From Vampirovibrionaceae bacterium NZW_1234 (lineage in GTDB: Bacteria > Cyanobacteriota > Vampirovibrionia > Vampirovibrionales > JAGQHJ01), in the NCBI GenBank assembly GCA_041697335.1, contig JBGUGD010000015.1, positions 64,001 to 128,000 of the forward strand: a stretch of DNA of 64,000 bases, read 5' to 3'. Of the stretch, positions 19,677-30,349 are shown piece after piece. The position numbers and the translations under genes are program-made. The notes below the pieces were generated by a model. That model was not told where the DNA came from, made no database searches, and saw only the letters and a program-made list of their open reading frames with translations. The first letter of the stretch is position 1. Each line of letters starts with the position of its first letter.

Positions 19677-21412
19677 GCGCTGTCAGCGTCACCCATCTTA
19701 AAACACTGCTCAATGCCCTGACAAATGGCTTGAATTACCTTATTCTGATGCTTTGGATCCAAACATCGCTCGGCATCTTCGGGATAGGTCAAAAACCCTA
19801 GCTCCAGTAACACAGACGGCATCGTCATAACACGGCAAAGATGCAAGCTATCGTACACCACGCCATAATCGTCAAACTCTGTGCTGTTAGTAAGCACGTT
19901 TTGAAAGCACCGGGCAAAAGGCAAGGCAAAGGAATGATAATAAAACGTGGCCACCCCACGTTCGGTTTTCGGGTCTCGGCCATCGGGCAAGGCATTATGA
20001 TGCAGGCTCAACAACAAGTGACCACCAGCTTCCTGAGCCGTTTTTACACGCTCAGCGAGTGTCTTCTCATTATCTTCATCACGAGTGAGAACTACCGTAT
20101 AACCCGCATTAGCCTCCATGGCTCTTTTAATCCCCAGGGCCAAGTGGAAGTTGAGCGCTTTTTCAGGGGTCCCATCGGGTGCCTTCGCCCCGAATTCTTC
20201 TCCCCCATGACCAGGGTCAATAACAATAACACGATTGGCTGAAGGCATACTCCCTCGGGTACGCACTCGAAGGCAAAGCCTCTGAGCATCCGGAGAATAC
20301 TCTCTCTCTAGTCCCCAAACATCAGAGCTAAAGGACGCTTCCAAGCATACAGTATCCGAAGAAACTTGCTGCCACCGAATTTCATTTAGCCCCAGCTCGA
20401 AGGCCAACGAGTCATAACGGATGACATCACACCGCGAGACGGCTTGGTAAAAATGTATCCGGACCAACCTCGGCTGAATCTCAATTTGATGCGCCAACAA
20501 TCGGGACATCGGGATTGACAATTCAATTCCCAGGGGTGTGCCCTTGGCCTGAAGCGTATGTATTTGAACCTGCGTAGGAATCAGTGGTACATCCAACAAT
20601 CGGATATCTTCAGCCTGAAGCCAGACCTGTTTTGTTTGAGTCAGTTGAGCCTTATAATGGGGCCCATCAAAGCCCACTAAATCGACGCAAGTACCTTCTA
20701 AAAATGGGGTTAACCTTGCACCCTCTTCCTTAGCCGTTCTGACGATAGCCTCCTGAGCAGTCACCATGGCCTGAAGCCTTTTACCATAAGGCAGAATGGT
20801 CAGTGTGCCAGGAGTTCGAACCTCAATACGCTGACTGTCTGAATGCAGTGCATATTGCACGCTTAGATTTGGCATCGGCGGCGTGTTAACCGGAATTTGA
20901 ACATAGGCCCCATAGATCTCCCCTCTGGGCCATGGGGTACGTACTTGGTGTAATTCACCAAAAATCCCTTCCCGGGTATCGAGGACTTGGCCAATCGGGC
21001 TCATTTCCGTGGGTCGGCTCATGAGCCACTCTATGCGGCAAGTCACTTTGGCCTGCTTTGGGCCTGGACAAAGTAACAGGATGGTCTCTCCTGGCTGAAC
21101 CCCAACATCGTCTTGGGGCCAAGCATACACATGACTATGCTGTACCGCATCGTCCAAACTCAAAAGGTCGGGCACAGGTTTACGAAGGATCGTAAGTGAG
21201 TGAGTCATTTCAGAGCCATCCGGCTGAATTTCACGGCAGATAAACTGATTTTCGCCCGCCTCAAGACAGACCACCTGGGAAAAGAAACCTTTATCAGACG
21301 GGATCAGCTCTTGATCATTGATGCAAAATCTTGCCCCCGGCACCACGGAACCAATGAGAAACGTGGAAGCTTCAAATGTTTCATGAAACGGGGGAGGATA
21401 TACCAGTAGCAA
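19673..21412 (-). CDS. N-acetylmuramoyl-L-alanine amidase (Amidase_3)
   Basis: VIDPGHGGEE, PEK, VLTR, LSLHHNA, SVLLELGF. Confidence 0.92.
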   Translation of the reverse strand: MLLVYPPPFHETFEASTFLIGSVVPGARFCINDQELIPSDKGFFSQVVCLEAGENQFICREIQPDGSEMTHSLTILRKPVPDLLSLDDAVQHSHVYAWPQDDVGVQPGETILLLCPGPKQAKVTCRIEWLMSRPTEMSPIGQVLDTREGIFGELHQVRTPWPRGEIYGAYVQIPVNTPPMPNLSVQYALHSDSQRIEVRTPGTLTILPYGKRLQAMVTAQEAIVRTAKEEGARLTPFLEGTCVDLVGFDGPHYKAQLTQTKQVWLQAEDIRLLDVPLIPTQVQIHTLQAKGTPLGIELSIPMSRLLAHQIEIQPRLVRIHFYQAVSRCDVIRYDSLAFELGLNEIRWQQVSSDTVCLEASFSSDVWGLEREYSPDAQRLCLRVRTRGSMPSANRVIVIDPGHGGEEFGAKAPDGTPEKALNFHLALGIKRAMEANAGYTVVLTRDEDNEKTLAERVKTAQEAGGHLLLSLHHNALPDGRDPKTERGVATFYYHSFALPFARCFQNVLTNSTEFDDYGVVYDSLHLCRVMTMPSVLLELGFLTYPEDAERCLDPKHQNKVIQAICQGIEQCFKMGDADSA

Positions 21413-22115
21413 GGCTTATCTCCTCATCCAATGCTGCTATCACCGCCATCGGATCTGACGCAGCAAGAATCGGTCTTCCGATGACCAAGTAATTGCCGCC
21501 AGCCGCAAGCGCGTCTCGAGGTGTCATCACACGCTTCTGATCATGAATATCGGCTCCACTGGGACGGATTCCTGGGTTGACCAAACACAACCTCGAACTA
21601 ACCTCCGCTCGTACTCGTGTATTTTCATGAGCACTACAAATAATGCCCTCCAAACCTGCCGTTTCAGCGAGCTTGGCGAGATGAATCGCCCACGTCGACG
21701 GCTCAGTAGTCAATTCAGGATAAACATTCTTGAGAGAGGCTTGATCAAGGCTTGTCAGAGCTGTTACGCCAAGCAACCCCAATTTGGAACCCGCCACAAC
21801 CGCTTGTGCCGCTTGTAGCATTTCCAAACCACCACTCAAATGGACCGTTAAAAATCGTACATCCAGAGCCATCAGGCTCTCACAGGCCTTTGCCACTGTG
21901 TTCGGTATGTCGTGCAACTTCAAATCAAGAAAGATCTCAGCCCCCCGAGCCCGGACCTCTCGCACGATGGTAGGTCCCTCACGGTAGAACAACTGCATTC
22001 CAATTTTAAACAGCCCCACCCGCGCGACACAGCGATCGACCCACGTTAACGCTTCCGAACCGGTAGGCACATCCAGAGCCAGAATAAGGGGTGAAGTTGG
22101 TTTTTGTGACGTCAT
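21381..22115 (-). CDS. pyrF: orotidine-5'-phosphate decarboxylase
   Basis: LILALD, FLDLKLHDIPNTV, PGIRP, DQKRVMTP, VIGRPI. Confidence 0.97.
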   Translation of the reverse strand: MTSQKPTSPLILALDVPTGSEALTWVDRCVARVGLFKIGMQLFYREGPTIVREVRARGAEIFLDLKLHDIPNTVAKACESLMALDVRFLTVHLSGGLEMLQAAQAVVAGSKLGLLGVTALTSLDQASLKNVYPELTTEPSTWAIHLAKLAETAGLEGIICSAHENTRVRAEVSSRLCLVNPGIRPSGADIHDQKRVMTPRDALAAGGNYLVIGRPILAASDPMAVIAALDEEISLATGISSPVS

Positions 22116-22232
22116 CGTCCTTAGACTTTCCCATTTTCCACATCGTTGACCATACCCAATGGCTACAGATCAGTATACGACCAAAACACGTTCTGCGGTT
22201 TAGGAAACTCTTATCCTTGAAGGACTAGGCGA

Positions 22233-23096
22233 TCAACGCTGGTCCCGATATAGGCTACGGTAAAAGTCGTTGAGCTTGGTATTCAGCTTTTCCGTTAAGC
22301 TCCGCCGGCTTTTCAGTTTCGCAATCATTTTTTCAGCTTTGCGTAAATTGAGATCGTATTGATTCACGAGACGCCCGATCTGATCGGCAGTAAAGCAGGG
22401 ATCATGCAGCTGTTCTTCCATAATATGCTGCAATGTTTCCAACTCCAAATTGATTTCAGCCACTTCATTGCAAATATCGCGATTCGGGTTGGGGATAAAT
22501 GCCCAAGGTCCTCGTTTGGGCTTGCGCTTGGCTTCAGCAGAAGCCGCACCCGGCTTTAGCCGAGCCAGGGTGGTATACATCGACTGAAACGGGTTAATCT
22601 CCGACAACTTGTCATCTACCAGTTGCAGCTTATGACGCAACAAGCTCAGACGTTCTTCCAAGGCTTCGATTTTTGTGTCGTATTCCCAGCCTTGCAGCTG
22701 GCGGTACTGAACCAGATCATTTTCCAACTCGGTGAGTTCTTTGAGGATCCTGTCACGCATCATCTGGTAGCGGGTACTGGGTGTCGGCAGATACCGTTCC
22801 AGCTGGCTATTGGCTAATTGAGAATCCAAATGATGAAGGACTCGCCCCTGATACTGGGGCGATTGGGCATGAGAGTATGCTTCTGCCGCATCGGACTGAA
22901 GCAAAACCTCCATATCCGGCTTGGTGGGTAAGGAACTCGGCGTTGATTTAAATTCCTGCTTTGGAGCCGATGTCCGTCTACTCAAATGCTTGGATATATA
23001 GTCACTAAGCGACCCAACGGGACGTTCTCCCTCGGTGGCGGAGATATTTGATTCTACCGGTGACGAAGCGTTAAACATATCGTCAGAATTAGACAT
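22233..23096 (-). CDS. hypothetical coiled-coil protein
   Basis: 287-aa ORF, GAGAGGA RBS, heptad-rich segments. Confidence 0.7.
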   Translation of the reverse strand: MSNSDDMFNASSPVESNISATEGERPVGSLSDYISKHLSRRTSAPKQEFKSTPSSLPTKPDMEVLLQSDAAEAYSHAQSPQYQGRVLHHLDSQLANSQLERYLPTPSTRYQMMRDRILKELTELENDLVQYRQLQGWEYDTKIEALEERLSLLRHKLQLVDDKLSEINPFQSMYTTLARLKPGAASAEAKRKPKRGPWAFIPNPNRDICNEVAEINLELETLQHIMEEQLHDPCFTADQIGRLVNQYDLNLRKAEKMIAKLKSRRSLTEKLNTKLNDFYRSLYRDQR

Positions 23097-23195
23097 TCAA
23101 GACGGTCCTCTCTAGAGCCTGCTGGTTTTTCTTTCCAATGAAGACAGGGCATGATGGTAATTGTGGTATCGTTAACATGCTGGAAAACTTGAGTC

Positions 23196-26105
23196 TTGTT
23201 TACAAAGGAAGTGTATTCGGAATTGGAAGAAATTCACGTTCACAATGCTGCGGAACATAACCTCAAACATGTGGATTTAACCATTCCTCGGGACAAATTG
23301 GTTGTTTTTACCGGTGTTTCGGGCTCGGGTAAGTCTTCATTAGCTTTTGACACCATTTTTGCTGAAGGCCAGCGCCGCTATGTCGAAAGCTTGAGCAGTT
23401 ATGCCCGCCAATACATTGGCCAGTTCGAAAAACCCAATGTTGAGCTGATTGAAGGGCTTTCGCCAGCTATCTCCATTGACCAAAAAACCGCAAGCCGGAG
23501 TCCTCGATCAACGGTGGGAACGGTAACAGAAATCCTGGATTATCTTCGACTGCTCTATGCCAAAATCGGCACCCCCCATTGCCCCCAATGCGGCCAGAAA
23601 ATTTCAGCCCAGTCTGTCCAGCGCATTGTTGATCGGATTATGTCTTACCCGGACGGGACCAAGCTTCAACTCTTATCGCCCATTGTCCGGGGGCGTAAGG
23701 GGGAATACCGCGCTTTATTCGAACAATTTCGAAAAGAAGGCTTTACTCGGGTCCAAGTGGATGGGGAAACCTTGCTTCTGGAAGAGTTGCCGGATGATTA
23801 CCGCCTGGAGAAAAGCAAGAGCCATACCATCTCAGTCGTGGTGGATCGAATTGTCGTGCGTCAAGAAACTGAAGATTTGGTTATTCGCGTAACGCAAGGC
23901 GTTGAACGAGCCTTAAAGCTATCGGAGGGTTTTATACTCTTAGAAAATATGGATGCTCGCTCGAAAGAAGAGCGGACAGCGCTGTATTCGTTGAAGCTGG
24001 CTTGCCCCAGCTGTGATGTTGGCTATGAAGAACTCGCCCCACGGATGTTTAGCTTCAACAGCCCCTATGGCGCCTGCCAGGCTTGCGACGGTTTAGGAAT
24101 TTCTCTGGCCATTTCTGAACATTTGCTCGTGCCGGATGAAAATAAGACCTTAGAGGAAGGTGCGATTACGCCCTTTCAGAAACTGTTGGGACGGTATTAT
24201 GCCAAATACATCCGTGGCATGTGTAAACAACATCAGATTCGGCGCACCGTCCCCTTTAACCGTCTCACTGAGCGCGAGCGTGCACTCCTTCTCTACGGAG
24301 ACAAAGCCTCGGACTCCGGTGATCTTTTGGCCCAAGCTGCTGAAGATTTAGACTACTCCGCTCGTGATGCCGATGATGATCTCTGGGAAGATTTTGCCGA
24401 TACCTTTGAAGGGGTCATCCCCATGCTACGACGCCGTTACCTGTACGGTTCCACGGCTCAAAAAGAATACATTCAGCAATTTATGGATGAAGTGGTCTGT
24501 GACGCCTGCCACGGCGCCAGATTGAAGCCGGTTAGTCTTTCCGTAAAGCTGGGCCCTTATTCCATTTATGAGTTGGGCGAATTGTCCTTGCGCGAGGCCT
24601 ATCAATTTTTAACCTCGCTGCCAAGCAGTCTCAATGACTTTCAACGGACGGTGGGTCGGGAGCCTCTGCATGAAACCCATCTGAGACTCAAGTTTTTGAT
24701 GGATGTCGGGCTGGACTATTTGACCCTCAACCGACGTTCAGCCACGCTTTCCGGAGGCGAGGCCCAGCGCATTCGCCTGGCTTCCCAAATCGGCGCCGGA
24801 CTCTCTGGGGTGCTCTACGTCTTGGATGAACCCAGCATTGGCCTTCATCCGCATAACAATACCCAGCTCATTGCGACTCTGCAGCACTTACGAGATCTGG
24901 GAAACACCTTAATTGTGGTGGAGCACGATGAAGAGACCATGCGGGCAGCGGACTGGATTGTCGATATCGGTCCCCAGGCTGGACGCTTTGGTGGGGAAAT
25001 TGTGGCTTCAGGCCCTCTAAAGACTATTTTAAAGAACAAAAACTCCTTAACCGGGCAGTACCTTTCTGGGAGACGCAAACTCGTTCCTCCTAAAACCGTC
25101 CGCCCCGGGAACGGTCATATTCTTTCGCTCAAAGGCGCTACATTGCACAACCTGAAAAACATCAGTGTTGATTTTCCCCTGGGAAAATTCATCTGTGTTA
25201 CGGGTTTAAGCGGCTCCGGCAAGTCAACTCTGGTCTTCGACTTGCTGTTCAATCTTCTTCAACATCATTTTGGCAAGCACCGGGTAAAGCCCGAGGGCTT
25301 TAAGAAGATTACCGGGCTGGAGCATCTGGACAAGTTTATTCATATTGACCAATCTCCCATTGGCAGAAGCCCTCGAAGCAACCCAGCAACTTATACCGGA
25401 ATTTTTGACCCCATCCGCAATGTCTTTGCCAATTGTGAGGAGGCGAAAATCAAAGGGTTTAAGCCCGGACATTTCAGTTTTAACGTCGCCTTAGGCCGGT
25501 GCGCCGACTGTAAGGGGGATGGAATGATTCGGATAGAAATGAACTTCTTACCCGATGTTTACAGCCCCTGCAGCACTTGCCAGGGCAAGCGTTATAATCG
25601 GGAAACCCTGGATGTTCGTTACCAGGGCAAATCCATTGCCGATGTGCTCGCGATGACTGTAGAGGAGGCACTTGGCTTTTTTGAAGCCCATGCTCATATT
25701 CAACGTCAACTGCAAGTCTTATCGGACGTCGGGCTCGGTTATGTTCATCTGGGACAACCTGCCACCACGCTTTCCGGTGGTGAAGCACAGCGAATTAAAC
25801 TGGCTACCGAATTTTGTAAACGCTCTACAGGGAAAACTTTATACCTGTTGGATGAGCCAACCATTGGACTCCACTGGCAAGATTTGGAAAATTTGCTGCT
25901 GATTCTGAACCGCTTGGTTGATGCTGGCAATACGGTCATAGTGATTGAGCATAACCTGGACTTAATTAAAATGGCCGATCACATCATTGATCTGGGGCCT
26001 GAAGGCGGGCAGAATGGCGGCGAGATTGTGGCTGAAGGCAGTCCACGAGAGGTTGCCCAACACCCGACATCCTATACGGCACAGTATCTTCAGCCCATGC
26101 TTTAA
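23196..26105 (+). CDS. uvrA: excinuclease ABC subunit A
   Basis: Two ABC domains (GVSGSGKS, GLSGSGKS, LSGGEAQRI twice) and CxxC zinc motifs; start approximate. Confidence 0.98.
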   Translation: MFTKEVYSELEEIHVHNAAEHNLKHVDLTIPRDKLVVFTGVSGSGKSSLAFDTIFAEGQRRYVESLSSYARQYIGQFEKPNVELIEGLSPAISIDQKTASRSPRSTVGTVTEILDYLRLLYAKIGTPHCPQCGQKISAQSVQRIVDRIMSYPDGTKLQLLSPIVRGRKGEYRALFEQFRKEGFTRVQVDGETLLLEELPDDYRLEKSKSHTISVVVDRIVVRQETEDLVIRVTQGVERALKLSEGFILLENMDARSKEERTALYSLKLACPSCDVGYEELAPRMFSFNSPYGACQACDGLGISLAISEHLLVPDENKTLEEGAITPFQKLLGRYYAKYIRGMCKQHQIRRTVPFNRLTERERALLLYGDKASDSGDLLAQAAEDLDYSARDADDDLWEDFADTFEGVIPMLRRRYLYGSTAQKEYIQQFMDEVVCDACHGARLKPVSLSVKLGPYSIYELGELSLREAYQFLTSLPSSLNDFQRTVGREPLHETHLRLKFLMDVGLDYLTLNRRSATLSGGEAQRIRLASQIGAGLSGVLYVLDEPSIGLHPHNNTQLIATLQHLRDLGNTLIVVEHDEETMRAADWIVDIGPQAGRFGGEIVASGPLKTILKNKNSLTGQYLSGRRKLVPPKTVRPGNGHILSLKGATLHNLKNISVDFPLGKFICVTGLSGSGKSTLVFDLLFNLLQHHFGKHRVKPEGFKKITGLEHLDKFIHIDQSPIGRSPRSNPATYTGIFDPIRNVFANCEEAKIKGFKPGHFSFNVALGRCADCKGDGMIRIEMNFLPDVYSPCSTCQGKRYNRETLDVRYQGKSIADVLAMTVEEALGFFEAHAHIQRQLQVLSDVGLGYVHLGQPATTLSGGEAQRIKLATEFCKRSTGKTLYLLDEPTIGLHWQDLENLLLILNRLVDAGNTVIVIEHNLDLIKMADHIIDLGPEGGQNGGEIVAEGSPREVAQHPTSYTAQYLQPML

Positions 26106-26114
26106 TTGTTCCGG

Positions 26115-26714
26115 TTACGTTGTCCGTTCAGCCATTTGTCGATTGAAGAAAAACTGAAAGCGCATTGATTCATCCAATTCTCCAGGAGCAACAAAGGGAT
26201 TACTGGTCGCATAAGCCTCTGCAAACACTTTTCTTAAGTTATTGGCAGCATAGCTGGTGCTTTGACCTGAAACACGACCTTTCCCATAGGCTCTTTGATA
26301 AGCTTGTCCTTTAACATCCCCGTTCTTTCCATTCCCAAAGGGATTTTGAGTAGACGCAGACTGCTCGGCGACAGCTCCTGCCAACGCCGCACTGACATTA
26401 TTGCCATTAATGGCAACGACTGCCATATTTAATGTCTTCAGAACATTTTCCAAGCTGCGGCTCGGTTTTTTCTGCGACTTATTGGCATCAGCCATACCTT
26501 CCAATACAGCAGACGGTTGCTGAGGTGCAACAGTATCACTGTTAGACTGTATGTCCATTTGATCACCGGCACCGGAGCTCAACCCCGGAGCTTGAGTGTA
26601 ATCTGCTTTTTGTTGCTGGCTTTTCTCAGAAGATTGTGTCTGTTTCGGTGTAACCGCGTGAAAATTCGGGGCGCCCCCGGTCGCCTGTATCTCTGCCATT
26701 GTCCTCAGCCTCAT
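26115..26714 (-). CDS. hypothetical low-complexity protein
   Basis: 199-aa Q/S/A-rich ORF; may start at MAEIQ. Confidence 0.65.
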   Translation of the reverse strand: MRLRTMAEIQATGGAPNFHAVTPKQTQSSEKSQQQKADYTQAPGLSSGAGDQMDIQSNSDTVAPQQPSAVLEGMADANKSQKKPSRSLENVLKTLNMAVVAINGNNVSAALAGAVAEQSASTQNPFGNGKNGDVKGQAYQRAYGKGRVSGQSTSYAANNLRKVFAEAYATSNPFVAPGELDESMRFQFFFNRQMAERTT

Positions 26715-27054
26715 CCATACTACTACGTTTCGTCCAAGAGCATAAAAACTCGGGTCCAGGGGGTGTTGCTACGACCCAAACGAGACTCAATATTTTATTA
26801 AGAAAGCCTTATCCGTTAAGCATACAAACTGCCATATTTTGCACTACAAAACATATCCAGTTTTGCATTGAATAAATTAATTTGTTTATATTAAATTAAA
26901 GCTATTTTTGATTAAAACCCTAACCATTTAGGGAATACTCTCTATAATGTGGCTTTCATTATAGTATTGTTCTCTCCAACATAAGACAGAATATGCTGGA
27001 GACTGTCTCTCCACCTAAGTTCCGTGAGTGATGTAGCGATAAGGAATTAAACTC

Positions 27055-27513
27055 GTGAGGGATTCTCAGACTCAATCCAGAAAGGCTAGTGCTGAACTTG
27101 CATGCGGGTTAGAGAAACCTAGCTTGGCGGTGTATGGGAATATCCCAACAAGCAAGACTTTACTGAATGAAAATGCTTTACCATTATTACGTCATGATGA
27201 TCCGGAGAAACGACGGCGGGTCTATTTGGAATTGCAAGGGTCGGATCCCCAAGCATTACTGGCTGAACTTGCCCAGGCAGGCTTTGATATGAACACCCTA
27301 TGCTCTCTAGAGGACCCATCCTTAAGCGTCAAAGCAACGCGTCCCGAACTACACTGCCTCATCATGGGGACGGCAAATGCTATTTTGACTTTACTGCAAT
27401 CGAGTGCACACCTGGTTCTGGCTCGTGTGGATTTGCCGGAGTATACGTGGCTTTCATCCTGTAAACCCGTTATTGCTGCACCAACACGCCAACCTCTTGG
27501 AGCAGCCTGGTAG
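27055..27513 (+). CDS. hypothetical protein
   Basis: 152 aa, AAGGA RBS before GTG. Confidence 0.55.
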   Translation: MRDSQTQSRKASAELACGLEKPSLAVYGNIPTSKTLLNENALPLLRHDDPEKRRRVYLELQGSDPQALLAELAQAGFDMNTLCSLEDPSLSVKATRPELHCLIMGTANAILTLLQSSAHLVLARVDLPEYTWLSSCKPVIAAPTRQPLGAAW

Positions 27514-27635
27514 CCCGCTTGGCTACGTATTGCTAAGTTGACTAGCACAAAAGTATCAAAACTGTTTTTAATGCTTATAGGTCATATAGGCATTATTTTT
27601 GAGTAAACCAACGCACAGGTTGGGGGTAATTGGAC

Positions 27636-28070
27636 ATGGCATTCGGGGTGAACCCGTCTATCTTCTCGTCGACACAGTCGACAGCATCATCATCGTCAAG
27701 CGCATCGACACCAACAGATGCGTCCAATACAGACACGACACAGAAACAGGATGATCGCACCTGGTATGACGAGTCTTATCGACGCTCTCTTGCCGACCAA
27801 GTGAGCCGTAATGAAACGGCGAAAACACAAATGACCAACACCCTAAACCAAGTCAAAGCGAAAATTCAGGAAAACAAAAACGCTGTATTTAGCTTATTAA
27901 ACACCACTCTGAATCCAACTGATCTGAGGCGGCTATTAGAAGAACGCCAAGGTCTACGAAGCCAGGAATATGTGCTGGATGCCAACATCATGTCGGCTCT
28001 GCAAAACATTCAGGGAGCGCAACTTTCTGCGGCAAAATACCTGATGACGCCATTAGACACCGTTGCTTAA
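27636..28070 (+). CDS. hypothetical protein, Ser/Thr-rich N-terminus plus coiled coil
   Basis: GGGGG RBS-like sequence; downstream terminator. Confidence 0.7.
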   Translation: MAFGVNPSIFSSTQSTASSSSSASTPTDASNTDTTQKQDDRTWYDESYRRSLADQVSRNETAKTQMTNTLNQVKAKIQENKNAVFSLLNTTLNPTDLRRLLEERQGLRSQEYVLDANIMSALQNIQGAQLSAAKYLMTPLDTVA

Positions 28071-28235
28071 GACTTCTTAACACAATACCCGCAACACTTT
28101 TGGAAAGCCTTCTCAGCCGTGTTTCTTTTAAACACTGAATGAGAATACTAGTCAGGTGGCGGATGCCCATCAGCTATAGGCTTGGGCATAATAAGACTGT
28201 GATTCAACTCTTCTACTTCCACTCTTAGGACTTAC

Positions 28236-28265
28236 AAGGCCCTTCTTAAGGGCCTTTTTTCTTTT
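28236..28265 (+). terminator. Rho-independent terminator
   Basis: AAGGCCCTT/AAGGGCCTT stem plus T-run. Confidence 0.75.
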
Positions 28266-29155
28266 GTCTTCTTGTTTTAGCCCTCATGCTTTTTATCAGG
28301 ACCTGCCCTTTTAAAAGAGAGAATAATCCGCCCTATTGTGGGGGTAGCCTAAGAGTCAGATGAAAAGCAGCGCTCTGGATGAATGATCCGGGTAAACCTT
28401 GGCTATCGTCTTACCAGAAGTTATGAAAAGTAACACTCGCCGAAGGCACATTCCTTTCCAAACTCGCTCTCTCTCCCAATCGTTCAATGTAGTCCTGGAT
28501 AATGCCTCCGTTGAGGGGTGGCGTTATAGCCATTCAGCAGCAAACGCTCGACAAAGGATCGACAAAAACGCGAGCTTATCCGTCATTTTGACGTCGGTTG
28601 CGCGTCGTTTTCGCGATGTCTTTAAATTGAAAAACCTTTAGTAGAAAGGTTTTTCAGGTTTTTCGCTTCAGAATCCCGAGGCGATCGACGCGGTTTGTCG
28701 TACTTTGTCGATCTGGCCTAAATGTCCACAAGGCCTTAATACGTTTTTCGAGATGTTGAGTCTTGATTTCATAGAATGTCTGCTGGCGTGTACAACAAGC
28801 TTTTTATAGGTATTATTCCCACATTGATTAATTCTTAAACCTCTTATGTACTGAAAACTCCTTCCTAGCCCTATAATTTGCCATAATGATCCAGCTTTAA
28901 AGTTGTCCTCATCAACGATAGCGTCAGCAAGGCACTCGCTTTTTTGGAAAACAAACCCTTTCTTTTACTCTTCTGCCTTGAATCTGCCCAACACCCATGT
29001 ATCTAAAAGCCCTTATACACATTGTTTCGAGCATTATCTTTATACTTTCTTAAGGACTCTTAAAAAAAACCATCGAAAAATAATTCTGATTTTATTTATT
29101 GTTATTATAAAAATATCAAGTGTGAGGTTACTAATTAAACGTAGGTGGGTATGCT

Positions 29156-30010
29156 ATGGTTGCACAATTAAATCGTCAAACTAGTGAAGTACAAACGCTG
29201 CAAGCACGGAACCGTGAAATTGCATTCGTGGAATTACCGGCTGCAGAGCGTGAAATGGAAAATAATCCGCTTGCCATGATTATGGGCGGTAATGAAGTTG
29301 AATCCCTTGAAACCGAACTGGCTGGCAACATCAGTCGCCTGGCTGAAGAATTCGACGAAGATGATGCCTTTGGTACCGGTGAAGGCGGTGGCCTCGGCGG
29401 TGGCGCTAATGGTAGCGGCGGCCTGGGTGGTGGTTCTGCTGCAGGCGGCTTAGGCGGTGGCGCAACGTCTGCTGGTGGATTACAGCCCGGCAGTGCCGGC
29501 GGTATGGGAAGCAGTCAACCTGCACCAACAAAAGATCCCTTTGTAGTTGATACCACTGGTGACGGTCAAGTGACTCTGCTCGGCGACGAAGCTGGAAAAG
29601 TTAAAATTAACGATGGCTCCGGCGAAGTTGAAGTCAACAAATGGGAAGATGACATGTTGTTTGCCGATAAGAATAACGACGGTCAATTCCAAGCGGATGA
29701 AATTCAGAGCACGAAAGATCCGGAAGCTATCAAGAAGTCCGGTTATGACAAAAATAACGATGGCAAACTTGACGAAGACGAAGCTAAAGCCGGCAATCTG
29801 AAATTTGTATCCTTCGATAAGAGCGGCAAAGAGCAAGTTCGTGGCTTTGGCGAGGAAGGCCCCGGAGGTAAACCGGCCATTAAATCCTTTGGCTACGAAT
29901 TTAACAGTGGCGCTCAGAACGGTACGGCGGGCGTTATAGAAAAAGGTCGTGGTACGGCTGAATTCGCTAACGGCAAAAAAGCTCAAACCATTAACTTCGA
30001 CTTTGCATAA
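29156..30010 (+). CDS. Gly-rich protein with C-terminal Ca-binding, FrpC self-processing-module-like domain (paralog 1)
   Basis: D127-P128 in KDPFVVDTTGDG; DKNNDG loops; highly similar to the next two genes. Confidence 0.75.
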   Translation: MVAQLNRQTSEVQTLQARNREIAFVELPAAEREMENNPLAMIMGGNEVESLETELAGNISRLAEEFDEDDAFGTGEGGGLGGGANGSGGLGGGSAAGGLGGGATSAGGLQPGSAGGMGSSQPAPTKDPFVVDTTGDGQVTLLGDEAGKVKINDGSGEVEVNKWEDDMLFADKNNDGQFQADEIQSTKDPEAIKKSGYDKNNDGKLDEDEAKAGNLKFVSFDKSGKEQVRGFGEEGPGGKPAIKSFGYEFNSGAQNGTAGVIEKGRGTAEFANGKKAQTINFDFA

Positions 30011-30060
30011 TCAAAATAGGTCGATAAAAAACGTTATTTCTTTGAATTACCGTTAACCTG

Positions 30061-30093
30061 ACAGGTGGTCACTGCGTGACCACCTGTTTGTTT
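30061..30093 (+). terminator. terminator after paralog 1
   Basis: 12-bp perfect stem ACAGGTGGTCAC/GTGACCACCTGT plus TTGTTT. Confidence 0.75.
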
Positions 30094-30349
30094 TAAAAAT
30101 TCAGTCAGCCTGGTGCGACAGACACTTTCGCGATATTTTTTTGAGCCAATTGTGAATCCTGTATCTGCTAAAAAGCCTTCTTACTATTAATAGCGCTGTC
30201 TTTGATCCGAATGTCAGCTTCGCCTATAACATATCCAACGGATTATTAAATCTAAAAAAAATCCGCCCATTTTAAATTGTTTTTAAAAACTAATGTTACT
30301 CTAAAAATAGATGTACTGGTAGGGCAATGTTGTAAAGGTTGGGTTAGTT

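Noticed and set aside
28399..29184. ORFs 28399-28641 and 28903-29184
   Set aside because: TTG starts with no RBS; they cross hairpin or AT-rich promoter DNA and are probably non-coding.
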